Shown here one piece after another: positions 10,522-19,977 of a stretch of DNA of 64,000 nt. Position 1 is the stretch's first letter. Every line of letters starts with the position of its first letter. The DNA comes from a virus (lineage: Duplodnaviria; Heunggongvirae; Uroviricota; Caudoviricetes). Both the position numbers and the translations under genes were made by a program. The stretch is from IMG/VR virus record IMGVR_UViG_3300031555_002194, positions 1 through 64,000 of that record. The stretch is one strand, 5' to 3'. Below the pieces are notes generated by a model, which worked only from the letters and a program-made list of their open reading frames with translations, did no database searches and was not told the origin of the DNA.

Positions 10522-10980
10522 ATGAAAACGAAAACACCAGATTTTAACCTAACATGGTATGTTTACCGCCATAACATCAACAAAGACCAGATTTACAAAT
10601 ACAACATTTTTGACCACGGACGTTTCAGCGAAGAAGTTTACGAACTCATAAATAAACATGGAATGACATACGAAGATTTTTCAGAGAAACTTCGTTGTAC
10701 TCTAATGTATTACTTCTGGTGTAAAGCAGAACATGAAATCGTAATCACATCATTTCCTCCGTATATCGATAAGAAAGAGTTTAATAGATTATCTTCTGAA
10801 GAATTTAGAGTATGCTCCGATGTTCGTTTGAGATGTGGCGAGAAGATTGATATTTATGAACAGATCAGAATGAACTGGGATGTGTTTGTAGATTATGTAT
10901 GGAACAGCAAGAAGAGAGGTAGTAAGAATGACACCAATGGAACTAAAAACAACAAAGAAAGGGACGTACCTGAAAATTGA
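10522..10980 (+). CDS. hypothetical protein
   Basis: ORF 10480-10980. The internal ATG at 10522 follows GGAGGaattgta. Confidence 0.4.
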   Translation: MKTKTPDFNLTWYVYRHNINKDQIYKYNIFDHGRFSEEVYELINKHGMTYEDFSEKLRCTLMYYFWCKAEHEIVITSFPPYIDKKEFNRLSSEEFRVCSDVRLRCGEKIDIYEQIRMNWDVFVDYVWNSKKRGSKNDTNGTKNNKERDVPEN

Positions 10981-11260
10981 TCCGACATATGATGATTTCG
11001 GCGCAGTACTGAACTGGGCTGTACGTTACTGTCTTGGCAGAATGACATATGCACCAAGTATGACCATTCAGTTCATCACTCCACTGATTCCATATCTGAG
11101 TGACAAGACTCTGTGGTGTTTTGATAGAGATATTGAAGATCATCAGAAATACGGGAAAAGTTTTGGTATGGATTGTGATGAACGAGACTGGATGAGGTTC
11201 TGGGAGAATGTAAAGGCTGAGATTAAGAGAAGGGATGAAGAAAATGCAACAAACACTTAA
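10928..11260 (+). CDS. hypothetical protein
   Basis: ORF 10895-11260. The internal ATG at 10928 follows GAGAGG. It overlaps the previous gene in another frame. Confidence 0.4.
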   Translation: MTPMELKTTKKGTYLKIDPTYDDFGAVLNWAVRYCLGRMTYAPSMTIQFITPLIPYLSDKTLWCFDRDIEDHQKYGKSFGMDCDERDWMRFWENVKAEIKRRDEENATNT

Positions 11261-11603
11261 TATAACAAAATCAACAGAAGAACTAAAGAAACTGATCACA
11301 GAAAATCCTGATTTGCCAATTGTAGTTCTCGCAGGTGAAGAAGCTAACATAAGTGATTGCGGTCAATGGATGTTTTGTTCTGATATTTGGTTTTCCATTG
11401 ATGAAATTCTTGACTATGAATATTACGACTATGGCGATGCTATTTTTACAGACAGAGATAGATTAGAAGAAAAAATTGAAGAAGATTTATATGACGATTA
11501 CAAAGACAAACCAGAAGATGAGTATGAAGCTGCAATTAAACAAGAACTAGAAAAGTACGAACCATATTGGAAGAAAGTAATTGCAATCTGGGCAACGAAT
11601 TGA
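11235..11603 (+). CDS. hypothetical acidic protein
   Basis: 122-aa ORF. Confidence 0.35.
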   Translation: MKKMQQTLNITKSTEELKKLITENPDLPIVVLAGEEANISDCGQWMFCSDIWFSIDEILDYEYYDYGDAIFTDRDRLEEKIEEDLYDDYKDKPEDEYEAAIKQELEKYEPYWKKVIAIWATN

Positions 11604-11897
11604 GATTGAGCTGATAAATCGATGGTTTCATTGGGTACGATGGAGGACAAAATGAAAACTAAAAAACAAGTACAGGCTGAGATAGAATATGCAACTATTT
11701 TTACGCTTAAAGAATTTGAAGAATTATTAGAAAGTAAATCAATTATACCATATGACGGCGTTGGTTATTTTCATGACGGAGAAAAAGAAACTAATATATG
11801 CGTTTGGGATGACGGACTTACATGGAATGGCGTAAAGAAATATCCATATGTTTGTTGGTATAACAAGTAATTAAGAAAATACATGGGAGGAATAATT

Positions 11898-12194
11898 ATG
11901 AGTCGTAAAACAATTGAGTACAAAGGTGAATTTAAAGTAAGTCTAAATTTTGCAATGACATCTGGAGAAGGTGTAGATGATGCAGTCGTAGAAGAAGTGG
12001 TAAAAATGATGAGTAATGGAATGCATGAAGATATCAAAGATGCATTAGAATTTCATTTTGGTGACGAAGATGATGTAGTACAGAATTTAGAAATTAAATG
12101 CGAAGAAATTGACCATGTTATTAATGTCATTGACAACACATCTGATCCAGAAACAATTCAGAAAGATGACAAAACTGAAAGCGGTGAGGAGTAA
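11898..12194 (+). CDS. hypothetical acidic protein
   Basis: ORF 11883-12194. The ATG at 11898 follows GGGAGGaataatt. Confidence 0.4.
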   Translation: MSRKTIEYKGEFKVSLNFAMTSGEGVDDAVVEEVVKMMSNGMHEDIKDALEFHFGDEDDVVQNLEIKCEEIDHVINVIDNTSDPETIQKDDKTESGEE

Positions 12195-12955
12195 TGAATC
12201 ACAAATCCCGTGTATTCGTCACAGGCGATTGTCACCGCAACTTTGATAAAATCTATGACTTCTGCAACAACATAGAAACAACCGTGGATGACATCATGAT
12301 CATCGCTGGCGATGCCGGGATTAATTGGTATTTAGATACAGTTTTCAACTATGACAAGCACCTGAAACTCGCACTGTCACATCTGCCTATCACTCTAGTG
12401 ATAGTTCATGGCAATCATGAAGAACGTGCTTGGAACTGTCATGGATACAAACATGACATATACAAAGTTGGCTGCGACAATATCCTAGCGTGGGCTGAAC
12501 CAGAATTTCCGAATCTATTATTTGTAGATGACTTTTCTATTCAATGCATTAAGAATAGAAGATTCCTGTTTCTTGGCGGTGCATATTCAATAGATAAATG
12601 GCAACGCCTCATGTATGGCGGTAGATGGTTTGAATCTGAACAGATGTCGCTAGAAGATATGGAAATAGCTATCAAACAACTGAGAGCAGATAGAAAAGCA
12701 TTTGAGTGCAGCATCAATCATAGAAAGCATCAGTTTGACTACGTAGTATCTCATACATGTCCATTGAAGTATGAACCGACAGAAGTTTTTCTTGCTGGCG
12801 TTGATCAGAGTAAAGTTGATAAAAGAACAGAAAAATTTCTGGATGATGTAGAAGATATTATTAGTTATGGAACGTGGGCTTGTGGGCATTGGCATACGAG
12901 CAAGACAGTGGATAAGATGAGATTTATCTACCATGACATTATTGAATTGGAGTGA
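12194..12955 (+). CDS. calcineurin-like metallophosphoesterase
   Basis: Motifs VFVTGDCHRNF, IIAGDAGINW and VHGNHEE match the GDxH/GDxxxR/GNHE metallophosphatase signature. Confidence 0.7.
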   Translation: MNHKSRVFVTGDCHRNFDKIYDFCNNIETTVDDIMIIAGDAGINWYLDTVFNYDKHLKLALSHLPITLVIVHGNHEERAWNCHGYKHDIYKVGCDNILAWAEPEFPNLLFVDDFSIQCIKNRRFLFLGGAYSIDKWQRLMYGGRWFESEQMSLEDMEIAIKQLRADRKAFECSINHRKHQFDYVVSHTCPLKYEPTEVFLAGVDQSKVDKRTEKFLDDVEDIISYGTWACGHWHTSKTVDKMRFIYHDIIELE

Positions 12956-13352
12956 CGATATGACAAATGAAGAAAAGAAAGTTAGGATTTCAGAACTAAA
13001 TTATCAAAAAGGTTTGATTAATAATGAAATTATGGAACTTGAAGCAGAATTAAATGATCAGTTACGAGAAGATTATACTGGTAGACTTTATACGAGTGGT
13101 GGCAGTTATCTAAAAGTAATTGATGGTAAGGATGATAGATGTTTAGTATTAGAAGTTTACATCCAAGAAAATATGTTTAATGGTGATTTAGTCCCGAAAA
13201 ATAATGAGTTTACAATGCGTGTTGAAGTTTATCACATGAGAAAATATTTAATTGAGCAATGGATACAAATTGACATGCAAGATGAGGATTATGGTGATGA
13301 CTGTGCAAGAATCACTCATTATATTAAAGAACATTTTTCAAATTATATGTAA
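12933..13352 (+). CDS. hypothetical protein (N-terminal coiled coil)
   Basis: 139-aa ORF. It is the first of three consecutive small proteins with similar architecture. Confidence 0.4.
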   Translation: MTLLNWSDDMTNEEKKVRISELNYQKGLINNEIMELEAELNDQLREDYTGRLYTSGGSYLKVIDGKDDRCLVLEVYIQENMFNGDLVPKNNEFTMRVEVYHMRKYLIEQWIQIDMQDEDYGDDCARITHYIKEHFSNYM

Positions 13353-13387
13353 TTTATAAAATGCAAATTTCATTAGGAGGGTAGAGT

Positions 13388-13768
13388 ATGACAGAACAAG
13401 AATACAATCTGAAACAAGAAGAATTAAAACAAGTTAGGAAGGATTTAGAAGATCTTCGTCAGCGTGAAAATGAATTACGCAGAGAAGTTCGTAAGTATGA
13501 ATCATATGAATTTAAAAATAAATATTTCTATGATACCTGTGGAGGTTATTATCTTAAACCAACTCAATTAAGTGGGGACTACCTTCATTTCACTGCTATT
13601 TCAAAATTTTATAACTATGATGGCATCATCGAATATGCTATTGAAGAAACTTATTACTCTCTTGATTCTATGGGAAGTATAAAAGAGATTTCAGAAGAAG
13701 AATTTACAAATGGTGTAAATCAAATTTTTGAAGATGCGAGAAAAACAATTTTTGGAGATGATCAGTAA
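13388..13768 (+). CDS. hypothetical protein (N-terminal coiled coil)
   Basis: 126-aa ORF with a GGAGGG RBS. Confidence 0.4.
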   Translation: MTEQEYNLKQEELKQVRKDLEDLRQRENELRREVRKYESYEFKNKYFYDTCGGYYLKPTQLSGDYLHFTAISKFYNYDGIIEYAIEETYYSLDSMGSIKEISEEEFTNGVNQIFEDARKTIFGDDQ

Positions 13769-13770
13769 TA

Positions 13771-14130
13771 ATGGAAAATACACTATTTGCTTTAAGATTT
13801 TTTCAAAAAGAAAAAGCGGACGCAGAACAGAAATTCAGAAATTTCTACTTAGAACATTACGAAGAAATTTCCAATACATATTTCTACCATAATGGAATTG
13901 GTGTCTATTGCAAGTTCTGTCCGTTAAAAGCGGAAGTTCTGCAAGGTGGTTTGCAATACACTGGCTATTATATCGGCAAAAACTTTCAAACATCTCTGCC
14001 ATCTGTGTACGAGCGTTCAGGCAGCTTTAAAATCGAAAGTTTGAATTTTGATGAAATCGAGATTTTATCAAAAGAAGAATTCGTTACCGGACTGAAAGAA
14101 CAGTTGCAGGACGCATTAGATAAGATATAA
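13771..14130 (+). CDS. hypothetical protein
   Basis: 119-aa ORF. Confidence 0.4.
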   Translation: MENTLFALRFFQKEKADAEQKFRNFYLEHYEEISNTYFYHNGIGVYCKFCPLKAEVLQGGLQYTGYYIGKNFQTSLPSVYERSGSFKIESLNFDEIEILSKEEFVTGLKEQLQDALDKI

Positions 14131-14346
14131 AAGGAGAGAAGAAGATGAATGAGTACACTATCATTGATACGATTCAGGTGACTAGAATTATTCGATCTGA
14201 TAACCAAGAGGAAGAACAGGCTTGCATTAACGAAAATGGTCGGTTTGTAATTGCCAAATTAATCGGATTCGATGACGTAATCGTTTTAAACCATCAAGTA
14301 TTTATCAGAAATGGTGAAGATAATCTGAAAGAAGGAGAAGAATAAT

Positions 14347-14670
14347 ATGACAATTAACTTTAGCACACCATATGTTGCTGTGGTTGATATGCTGCTATCT
14401 ATTGCAGTTGTTTTGTATATCACACAGGGAATGGCAATGCATAGCATTATCAGAAAACACAAACTGGAACAAGAATTAGAAAAGTTTGCAAACATATTTT
14501 ATTTTGAAACAGCCGTTGTTTTAACACTGTTGACCTTTTTAATTTGTCATTTTGTGCAGGAAATTTTTATTAACGGATCTGTTGTAACAAGTGGTGTTAT
14601 TGGTTTTATTTTAGGAGTTGTTGGCGGTATTGCTGTTGTTAGATATGTGAAAAAGAGGGTGGGTAAATGA
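14347..14670 (+). CDS. small membrane protein (2-3 TM)
   Basis: 107 aa with hydrophobic segments and a basic C-terminus. Confidence 0.4.
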   Translation: MTINFSTPYVAVVDMLLSIAVVLYITQGMAMHSIIRKHKLEQELEKFANIFYFETAVVLTLLTFLICHFVQEIFINGSVVTSGVIGFILGVVGGIAVVRYVKKRVGK

Positions 14671-15521
14671 GTGAATTAGTTTTTTGTACAAAAGAACATA
14701 TTGCAGAGTATATAAGAGATGCGAAAGAAGAATTGCATGAAAATGTAAAAGATTATATTCGTAAAGGACATGCCAGACCTAGACTATTAATCATTCAGGT
14801 TGGTGATAATCCTGCGTCCAATAAGTATGTAGCTGGTAAAATTTCTGATGCCAATGAAGTGTGTATTGAAACATCCTTGATGAAGTTTCCTGAGACTCTT
14901 ACATACGCAGAACTGACAGAATTTCTTTTCAAAGAAAGAGATAACTTCCACGGAATCATAGTTCAATTACCTCTTCCTGAACACCTACAAAGAGAATTGG
15001 TAAACATTCAGGAATACATTAGACCAGATCAGGATGTTGATGGTTTCAGAATTGATTCCTTTCATAATGCTTGTACGCCGGAAGGTATTGTTCGTTACTT
15101 GGAGTACAGTAAGGGTGCAGATTGGCTCGTTGGTAAACACGCAGTCATTGTTGGACGCAGCGATTTAGTTGGTAGACCTCTTGCAAAAATGCTGCTTGAT
15201 CGTGATTGCACTGTAACTGTTTGTCATTCTAAAACAAAACATCTGAAAGCGGTTTGTAAGAATGCAGATATCCTTATTAGTGCTGTCGGTAATGCAAATA
15301 TGATTGATAAGAATTTTATAAAGAACAGCAAGACGGTTGTTATTAATGTAGGTTTTGATTTTGTTGACGGTAAAATGGTAGGGGATATTGACGTTAATTC
15401 TGTTAAAGAAACTACTCAGTGGTGTACTCCTATTATTGGCAGCTCTGGACTGTGGACAAGATTATCTTTGATGCAAAATACTTTTGATGCGTATGTAATG
15501 CAAGAGGAGATTGATATGTAA
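14667..15521 (+). CDS. folD: bifunctional 5,10-methylene-tetrahydrofolate dehydrogenase/cyclohydrolase
   Basis: Contains GKHAVIVGRSDLVGRPLAKMLL...CTVTVCHSKT...ADILISAVGNANMI, the canonical FolD NAD(P)-binding and catalytic signature. Confidence 0.85.
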   Translation: MSELVFCTKEHIAEYIRDAKEELHENVKDYIRKGHARPRLLIIQVGDNPASNKYVAGKISDANEVCIETSLMKFPETLTYAELTEFLFKERDNFHGIIVQLPLPEHLQRELVNIQEYIRPDQDVDGFRIDSFHNACTPEGIVRYLEYSKGADWLVGKHAVIVGRSDLVGRPLAKMLLDRDCTVTVCHSKTKHLKAVCKNADILISAVGNANMIDKNFIKNSKTVVINVGFDFVDGKMVGDIDVNSVKETTQWCTPIIGSSGLWTRLSLMQNTFDAYVMQEEIDM

Positions 15522-15829
15522 TGACTCAAGAAAATATGTATGAAAAAAGATGGATAATTGCCGGATTAACATTTGAAACTGCCTGTGACCTAATGTGTAA
15601 AATAGAAGAAACATGTGGCAAAGAAGTTCTAAACAGAATTAATGGTAGAAATCATATGCGTACAGAGTTTGCTGATGGAACAATCTTAAGATGGTTTCCT
15701 ACAACTGAAAATTGTCATGGTCAAAGATGTGGGAAAGTGTGGTGTGATAAAAATATTGACCGTAATATTTTTAAGTATGTAGTATTACCAATGTATTTTG
15801 GCAAACTTGAAGATATTATTTGGGTGTAA
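15521..15829 (+). CDS. hypothetical Cys-containing protein
   Basis: 102-aa ORF. Confidence 0.35.
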   Translation: MTQENMYEKRWIIAGLTFETACDLMCKIEETCGKEVLNRINGRNHMRTEFADGTILRWFPTTENCHGQRCGKVWCDKNIDRNIFKYVVLPMYFGKLEDIIWV

Positions 15830-15941
15830 TGAAATTATTTTAGAAAAATCAAAAAAACGACCTTCGTAAAACCCAGTAAATACTGGCTCAAACGAAGATC
15901 GAAATGCCAATGAAATGGTGATTTCATCAGGAGGTAATTAA

Positions 15942-16121
15942 ATGAATTCATATAATTTTGAAATTGCACATGGCTATAAAATCCTGAGAGGTTATATTGG
16001 TGCTGACTCCAAAGAAGAAGCAATTGAAGCAATTCTAAGAGGCGAATATGAAGATATTATTGACGAATTTGATACCGATGAATTAACAGTCGGATATGAG
16101 TTAGTTGATATATGGGAGTAA
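15942..16121 (+). CDS. small hypothetical protein
   Basis: 59-aa ORF absent from the ORF track. The ATG is preceded by AGGAGGtaattaa. Confidence 0.3.
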   Translation: MNSYNFEIAHGYKILRGYIGADSKEEAIEAILRGEYEDIIDEFDTDELTVGYELVDIWE

Positions 16122-16347
16122 GATGCGATAAATGAAAACAAATAATACATACAAAGGTAAAATACACAAAGATTCATTAATTGAAGATTATCCATGTCAT
16201 AAAAGACAACATTCTAAAAATAAAAGAATGAAACGCAGGATTGCAAAAAGAAGATTGGATAATGAGATTTTTGAATTATATGAAGTTCCAAAAGGATATT
16301 TTGGAGAAAAGAAACAGTCTTTATTAGAAATTAAGGAGAAAGAAACC

Positions 16348-16782
16348 ATGAAAGAAATTAAAATTAAATACCACAACAAAGACATTGAAAAATTGACATA
16401 CATTGATGGCAAATCTGATTGGATCGACCTGAGAGCAGCCGAAGATGTTGTAATGAAAGCTGGTGAGTTTAAACTGATTAACCTTGGTGTAAGCATGAAA
16501 CTTCCCGAAGGTTACGAAGCTCATATTGTTCCCAGATCAAGTACGTTCAAAAACTTTGGCATCATTCAGACAAACCATCAGGCAGTCATTGACAACTCTT
16601 ATTGTGGCGATAATGATATCTGGAGATATCCTGCATACGCATTGAAAGATACAGAGATTCATGTAAATGATAGAATTTGCCAATTCAGAATTGTAGAAAA
16701 CCAACCTAAGATTAATTTTGTAGAAGTTGATTTTCTGGACGGTCAGGACAGAGGCGGAATTGGCAGCACAGGCAAACAGTAA
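16348..16782 (+). CDS. dut: dUTP diphosphatase (trimeric dUTPase)
   Basis: Motifs [31 protein letters not shown] and RGGIGSTG are present. The ATG at 16348 follows AAGGAGAAAGAAACC. ORF-track 16132-16782 adds a 72-aa highly basic in-frame N-terminal extension of doubtful reality. Confidence 0.8.
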   Translation: MKEIKIKYHNKDIEKLTYIDGKSDWIDLRAAEDVVMKAGEFKLINLGVSMKLPEGYEAHIVPRSSTFKNFGIIQTNHQAVIDNSYCGDNDIWRYPAYALKDTEIHVNDRICQFRIVENQPKINFVEVDFLDGQDRGGIGSTGKQ

Positions 16783-16810
16783 TGAAAGTTCCGTTTTATG
16801 AGGTGATTCT

Positions 16811-17074
16811 ATGATTACTGCAAATGAGGCTAGATGTATTGCTGAAACTTACACCAACATATATGGTAGAGCGATTTACAACGCCGCTAAACAAGGTTTT
16901 CGTGAAACATATGTATTTGTTAATGTCCCTGCTAGAGATCTTATTACGGATGTAGAATATGAAAATATAACATTTTCAATTATGAGAGATTTAACAAAAC
17001 TTGGGTATAAGACAACAATTACAGATATGCAAGCAGACCGTCTTCTATATAAATTAAAAATCAGTTGGGAATAA
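16811..17074 (+). CDS. hypothetical protein
   Basis: 87-aa ORF. Confidence 0.4.
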   Translation: MITANEARCIAETYTNIYGRAIYNAAKQGFRETYVFVNVPARDLITDVEYENITFSIMRDLTKLGYKTTITDMQADRLLYKLKISWE

Positions 17075-17219
17075 AACATATCAATAACACATTATATATC
17101 ACATCACAGTGCGTTTCTGACATCGTAAAAAAAATCGGTGTTAGTGACGCACTTTTTGTAGAAGTAATAAGTAAGATAAAAAATTTACTACTTATACAAA
17201 AGACAAAGGTGTGATAATT

Positions 17220-18446
17220 ATGAACAAAGAGGAATTATTGAATTTCGCTCTGGAAAATGGTATACTTGATTTACAACACATCCAACACGAAATTCAAATG
17301 CGTGAAAATGAAAAATATTTAAACCAACATCCGTATTCCATTTGGGAAGGCAATAACGGTAAGCATTATACCTATATCCAAGATGACAATACCGAAAAAC
17401 GTAAATTGGTCAAAAGGAATACGAGAGAAGAAATTGAAAAAGTTGTTATCGATTACTGGAAAGCAAAAGTCGAAAATCCAACTCTTCAAGAAATATTTGA
17501 CAGATGGAATGATCACAAACTTCAGTTACAAAAAATTTCTGATGCAACATATATTAGAAACATTGCATTGTTCAAAAGACATTTCAGCGATATTCAAAAT
17601 ATGAAAATCAGAAGTGTAACAAAAGAGTTTTTAGTAGATTTTCTTGAACATCAAATTCCTAAATTTAACATGACTGCAAAAGCATTTTCTAATTTGAAAA
17701 CACTTGTCAAAGGCATGTTTAAAAGAGCAAAAAGAGACAAGTTTATTGACTTTCATATTGAAGATGTATTTATTGAATTAGACATTCAAGACAGAGAATT
17801 TAGGAAAGTGATCAAAGAAGATTGTCAAGAAGTCTTCAACGAAGAAGAGACGGATAAAATCATGGAATACCTGTTTCAAAACATTGATATTTACAATCTT
17901 GGTATCATATTGTTATTCGTTACAGGTATGAGAATTGGTGAATTGGTGGTGCTACAATCTTCAGATTTTGATGACGATGGCAGAGTGGTTAAGATCAGAA
18001 AAACAGAAACAAGATACAAAGAAAAGGATGCACATACTTGCATTTATGGCATTAAACATTTCCCTAAAACTGAAGCTGGCGTAAGAAATGTAATCATTCC
18101 AGATGATTATTTATGGATTGTTAAAAGGCTAAAAATGCAGAATCCTTTTGGCGAATTCATCTTTATGAAAGATGGAAGAAGAATGACAACCAATATGTTT
18201 AGAAATAGGTTGGGAAAAATCTGTAAATATCTTGGCATACCTCACAAGACACCGCATAAAATCAGAAAAACTTACGGCTCTATTCTAATCGACAACAACG
18301 TAGACACAAGATTGATTACTGATATGATGGGTCATACAAGTATTGCCTGTACTGAACGACACTATCATAGGAACAGAAAAAGCCTTGATAGAAAGTCTGA
18401 AATCATTAGCAGCATTCCTGATTTTCAGATTAAAGCAGTAAGGTAA
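17220..18446 (+). CDS. int: tyrosine recombinase / phage integrase
   Basis: C-terminal catalytic signature HKIRKTYGS...MMGHTSIACTERHY gives the R..H..R..Y tetrad positions. The ATG at 17220 follows AAAGGTG. Confidence 0.85.
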   Translation: MNKEELLNFALENGILDLQHIQHEIQMRENEKYLNQHPYSIWEGNNGKHYTYIQDDNTEKRKLVKRNTREEIEKVVIDYWKAKVENPTLQEIFDRWNDHKLQLQKISDATYIRNIALFKRHFSDIQNMKIRSVTKEFLVDFLEHQIPKFNMTAKAFSNLKTLVKGMFKRAKRDKFIDFHIEDVFIELDIQDREFRKVIKEDCQEVFNEEETDKIMEYLFQNIDIYNLGIILLFVTGMRIGELVVLQSSDFDDDGRVVKIRKTETRYKEKDAHTCIYGIKHFPKTEAGVRNVIIPDDYLWIVKRLKMQNPFGEFIFMKDGRRMTTNMFRNRLGKICKYLGIPHKTPHKIRKTYGSILIDNNVDTRLITDMMGHTSIACTERHYHRNRKSLDRKSEIISSIPDFQIKAVR

Positions 18447-18700
18447 TCATACTGGTAATCATATGGTTACTTTATGCCCAAAGTAATCGCGAGGTAATCA
18501 AAGGTAATCAAATAAAATCGACAAAAATGTTGATTTTCTGGGAAAATATGAATGTTCGCCAATGGTTCGAGTCCCACCAGGCGCAGTCTTATATCTGTAT
18601 TTTCCCTTGAGAAATCAAGGGATTTTTTATTTTCACAAAAGACAAGTAATCAAAAGGTAATCACTGAGGTAATCAGAACATACATTTGTTGTGAAACCTG
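18440..18700 (+). other. putative attP region: tRNA 3'-end core (~18563-18585) flanked by ≥8 GGTAATCA arm-type repeats
   Basis: GGTTCGAGTCCCACCAGGCGCA corresponds to a tRNA T-loop plus 3' acceptor stem, but no complete tRNA gene is present. Copies of (G)GTAATCA lie on both sides. The region sits immediately 3' of int. Confidence 0.55.
18604..18633 (+). terminator. rho-independent terminator-like hairpin (likely the tRNA terminator carried on attP)
   Basis: CCCTTGagaaatCAAGGG followed by ATTTTTTATTTT. Confidence 0.5.
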
Positions 18701-18956
18701 CAAAACAATTCTCTAAGAAAGGAGGAAAGTTTTGGATGTGTTGTTTGCTTTAATAAAATGAATGTGCAATTTGTAGTATTAAAGAAGATAATATTCGTGA
18801 AAGATTGCCAAAAAAATATTTTGTCGTAGACAAATATGAAAGTACAAGTCTGATTTTGCGAAAAATTAAAATGTTAAAATTTAGAAAATGGAGTATAATC
18901 TAAAATGTAAAGTGTTGGTACAAGCTCACAGAATTGATTTTAAGGAGGATTTATAT

Positions 18957-19184
18957 ATGGCACGAACAAGAAGACCTCGTAATAACAAAACAACGACAGA
19001 ACTGATCATGGAAGCTCAGAACGCCATCGAAATTAAAGAACAGGAATTACATGAATTAAATGAACAGTTGAAAGAGTTATACAAACAGTTAGAACAAGAA
19101 AAAATCGAAGCGTTGTTGCAGACAATTAAAGAAAAAGACATCTCACTTGACAGAGCTAAAGAAATCATTGATAATATTGATTGA
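18957..19184 (+). CDS. small basic N-terminus / coiled-coil protein
   Basis: Strong RBS AAGGAGGatttatat before the ATG. A putative TATAAT −10 lies about 60 nt upstream. Confidence 0.45.
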   Translation: MARTRRPRNNKTTTELIMEAQNAIEIKEQELHELNEQLKELYKQLEQEKIEALLQTIKEKDISLDRAKEIIDNID

Positions 19185-19227
19185 GTTGATCCACAGTCAA
19201 TTCCATCTTTCTAAATCCAAAAGAATT

Positions 19228-19260
19228 CGTCCTGTTTATGCAGGACGTTTTCTTTTATTT
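19228..19260 (+). terminator. rho-independent terminator
   Basis: CGTCCTGtttatgCAGGACG followed by TTTTCTTTTATTT. Confidence 0.55.
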
Positions 19261-19269
19261 AAATAAAAA

Positions 19270-19305
19270 GGTAAAAAAATGGGAATGCCATATAGACATT
19301 CCCAA
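19270..19305 (-). terminator. rho-independent terminator for the − strand late operon end
   Basis: GGGAATGtctatatggCATTCCC followed by ATTTTTTT on the − strand. Downstream of the tail-collar gene. Confidence 0.5.
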
Positions 19306-19340
19306 AATTAACTTAAAAATATTTTTAAATTCTCTTTTAA

Positions 19341-19892
19341 TTAAGAGGTTCTTTTCCAAATATAAACTGCTAAATATGGAGGCATGTTATTGTGAGCTAC
19401 ATTGCCACCAATATTATTAATTGTAATATCATGAATATGATTTCCATTTGATGTTGTTGCACCAAGAATATAATCGGCGCCTGTTGTAGCTCTGTGAACA
19501 GAATAGCATCCACCACTAGAATTATATACTGCATCTTTATCTGCGCCAATTTGATGAGTATGTGCGCCATTTTCAGATAATGACGCAGTGTGATTATGAC
19601 TTGGTATTTCATCAACTGTTAATGTATGAATGGCTTCGCCACCAACGCTTCCTGCTTCATAATTATTCCCAGCAGCAAGCAAAAATGTATCTTTAATTTG
19701 TTCCCATGTTCCAAATCCAAATAATACAGATGGGTTTGCATTAATAACAGACATGTAAATAGATCCTATCGGCTATACTTGCTCTAAAACAACAGTATCT
19801 CTGTTAATCATTATCCTATTTTCATTACCAGAAGTAGAATCTAAAAAATCTGAATATAACATTCCATCATCAGTTAAATATATATCCATCAT
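19341..19892 (-). CDS. phage tail-collar-domain fibre protein (with in-frame TAG at 19773-19775)
   Basis: HTLTVDEIPSHNHTASL...HNNMPPYLAVYIWKRT is the tail-collar signature. The conserved N-terminal PIGSI motif lies upstream of the ORF-track ATG and across an in-frame TAG. Frame is open back to ATGATG at 19887-19892. Confidence 0.55.
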
Positions 19893-19977
19893 TAAATGGC
19901 GGTGGGTTTGTCATCATATTATAGGCACTACCTCGTAAAAATTTTAATTTTGCTATGATAATCACCACCTTAGAACA

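Noticed and set aside
16132-16347. 72-aa basic N-terminal extension of the dUTPase ORF
   Set aside because: A strong RBS (AAGGAGA) sits just before the internal ATG at 16348. The dUTPase homology starts there, so the extension is probably untranslated read-through.
18556-18590. Complete tRNA gene
   Set aside because: Only the T-loop and 3' acceptor strand are recognisable. The 5' T-stem and the upstream arms do not pair, which fits an attP core fragment rather than a functional tRNA.
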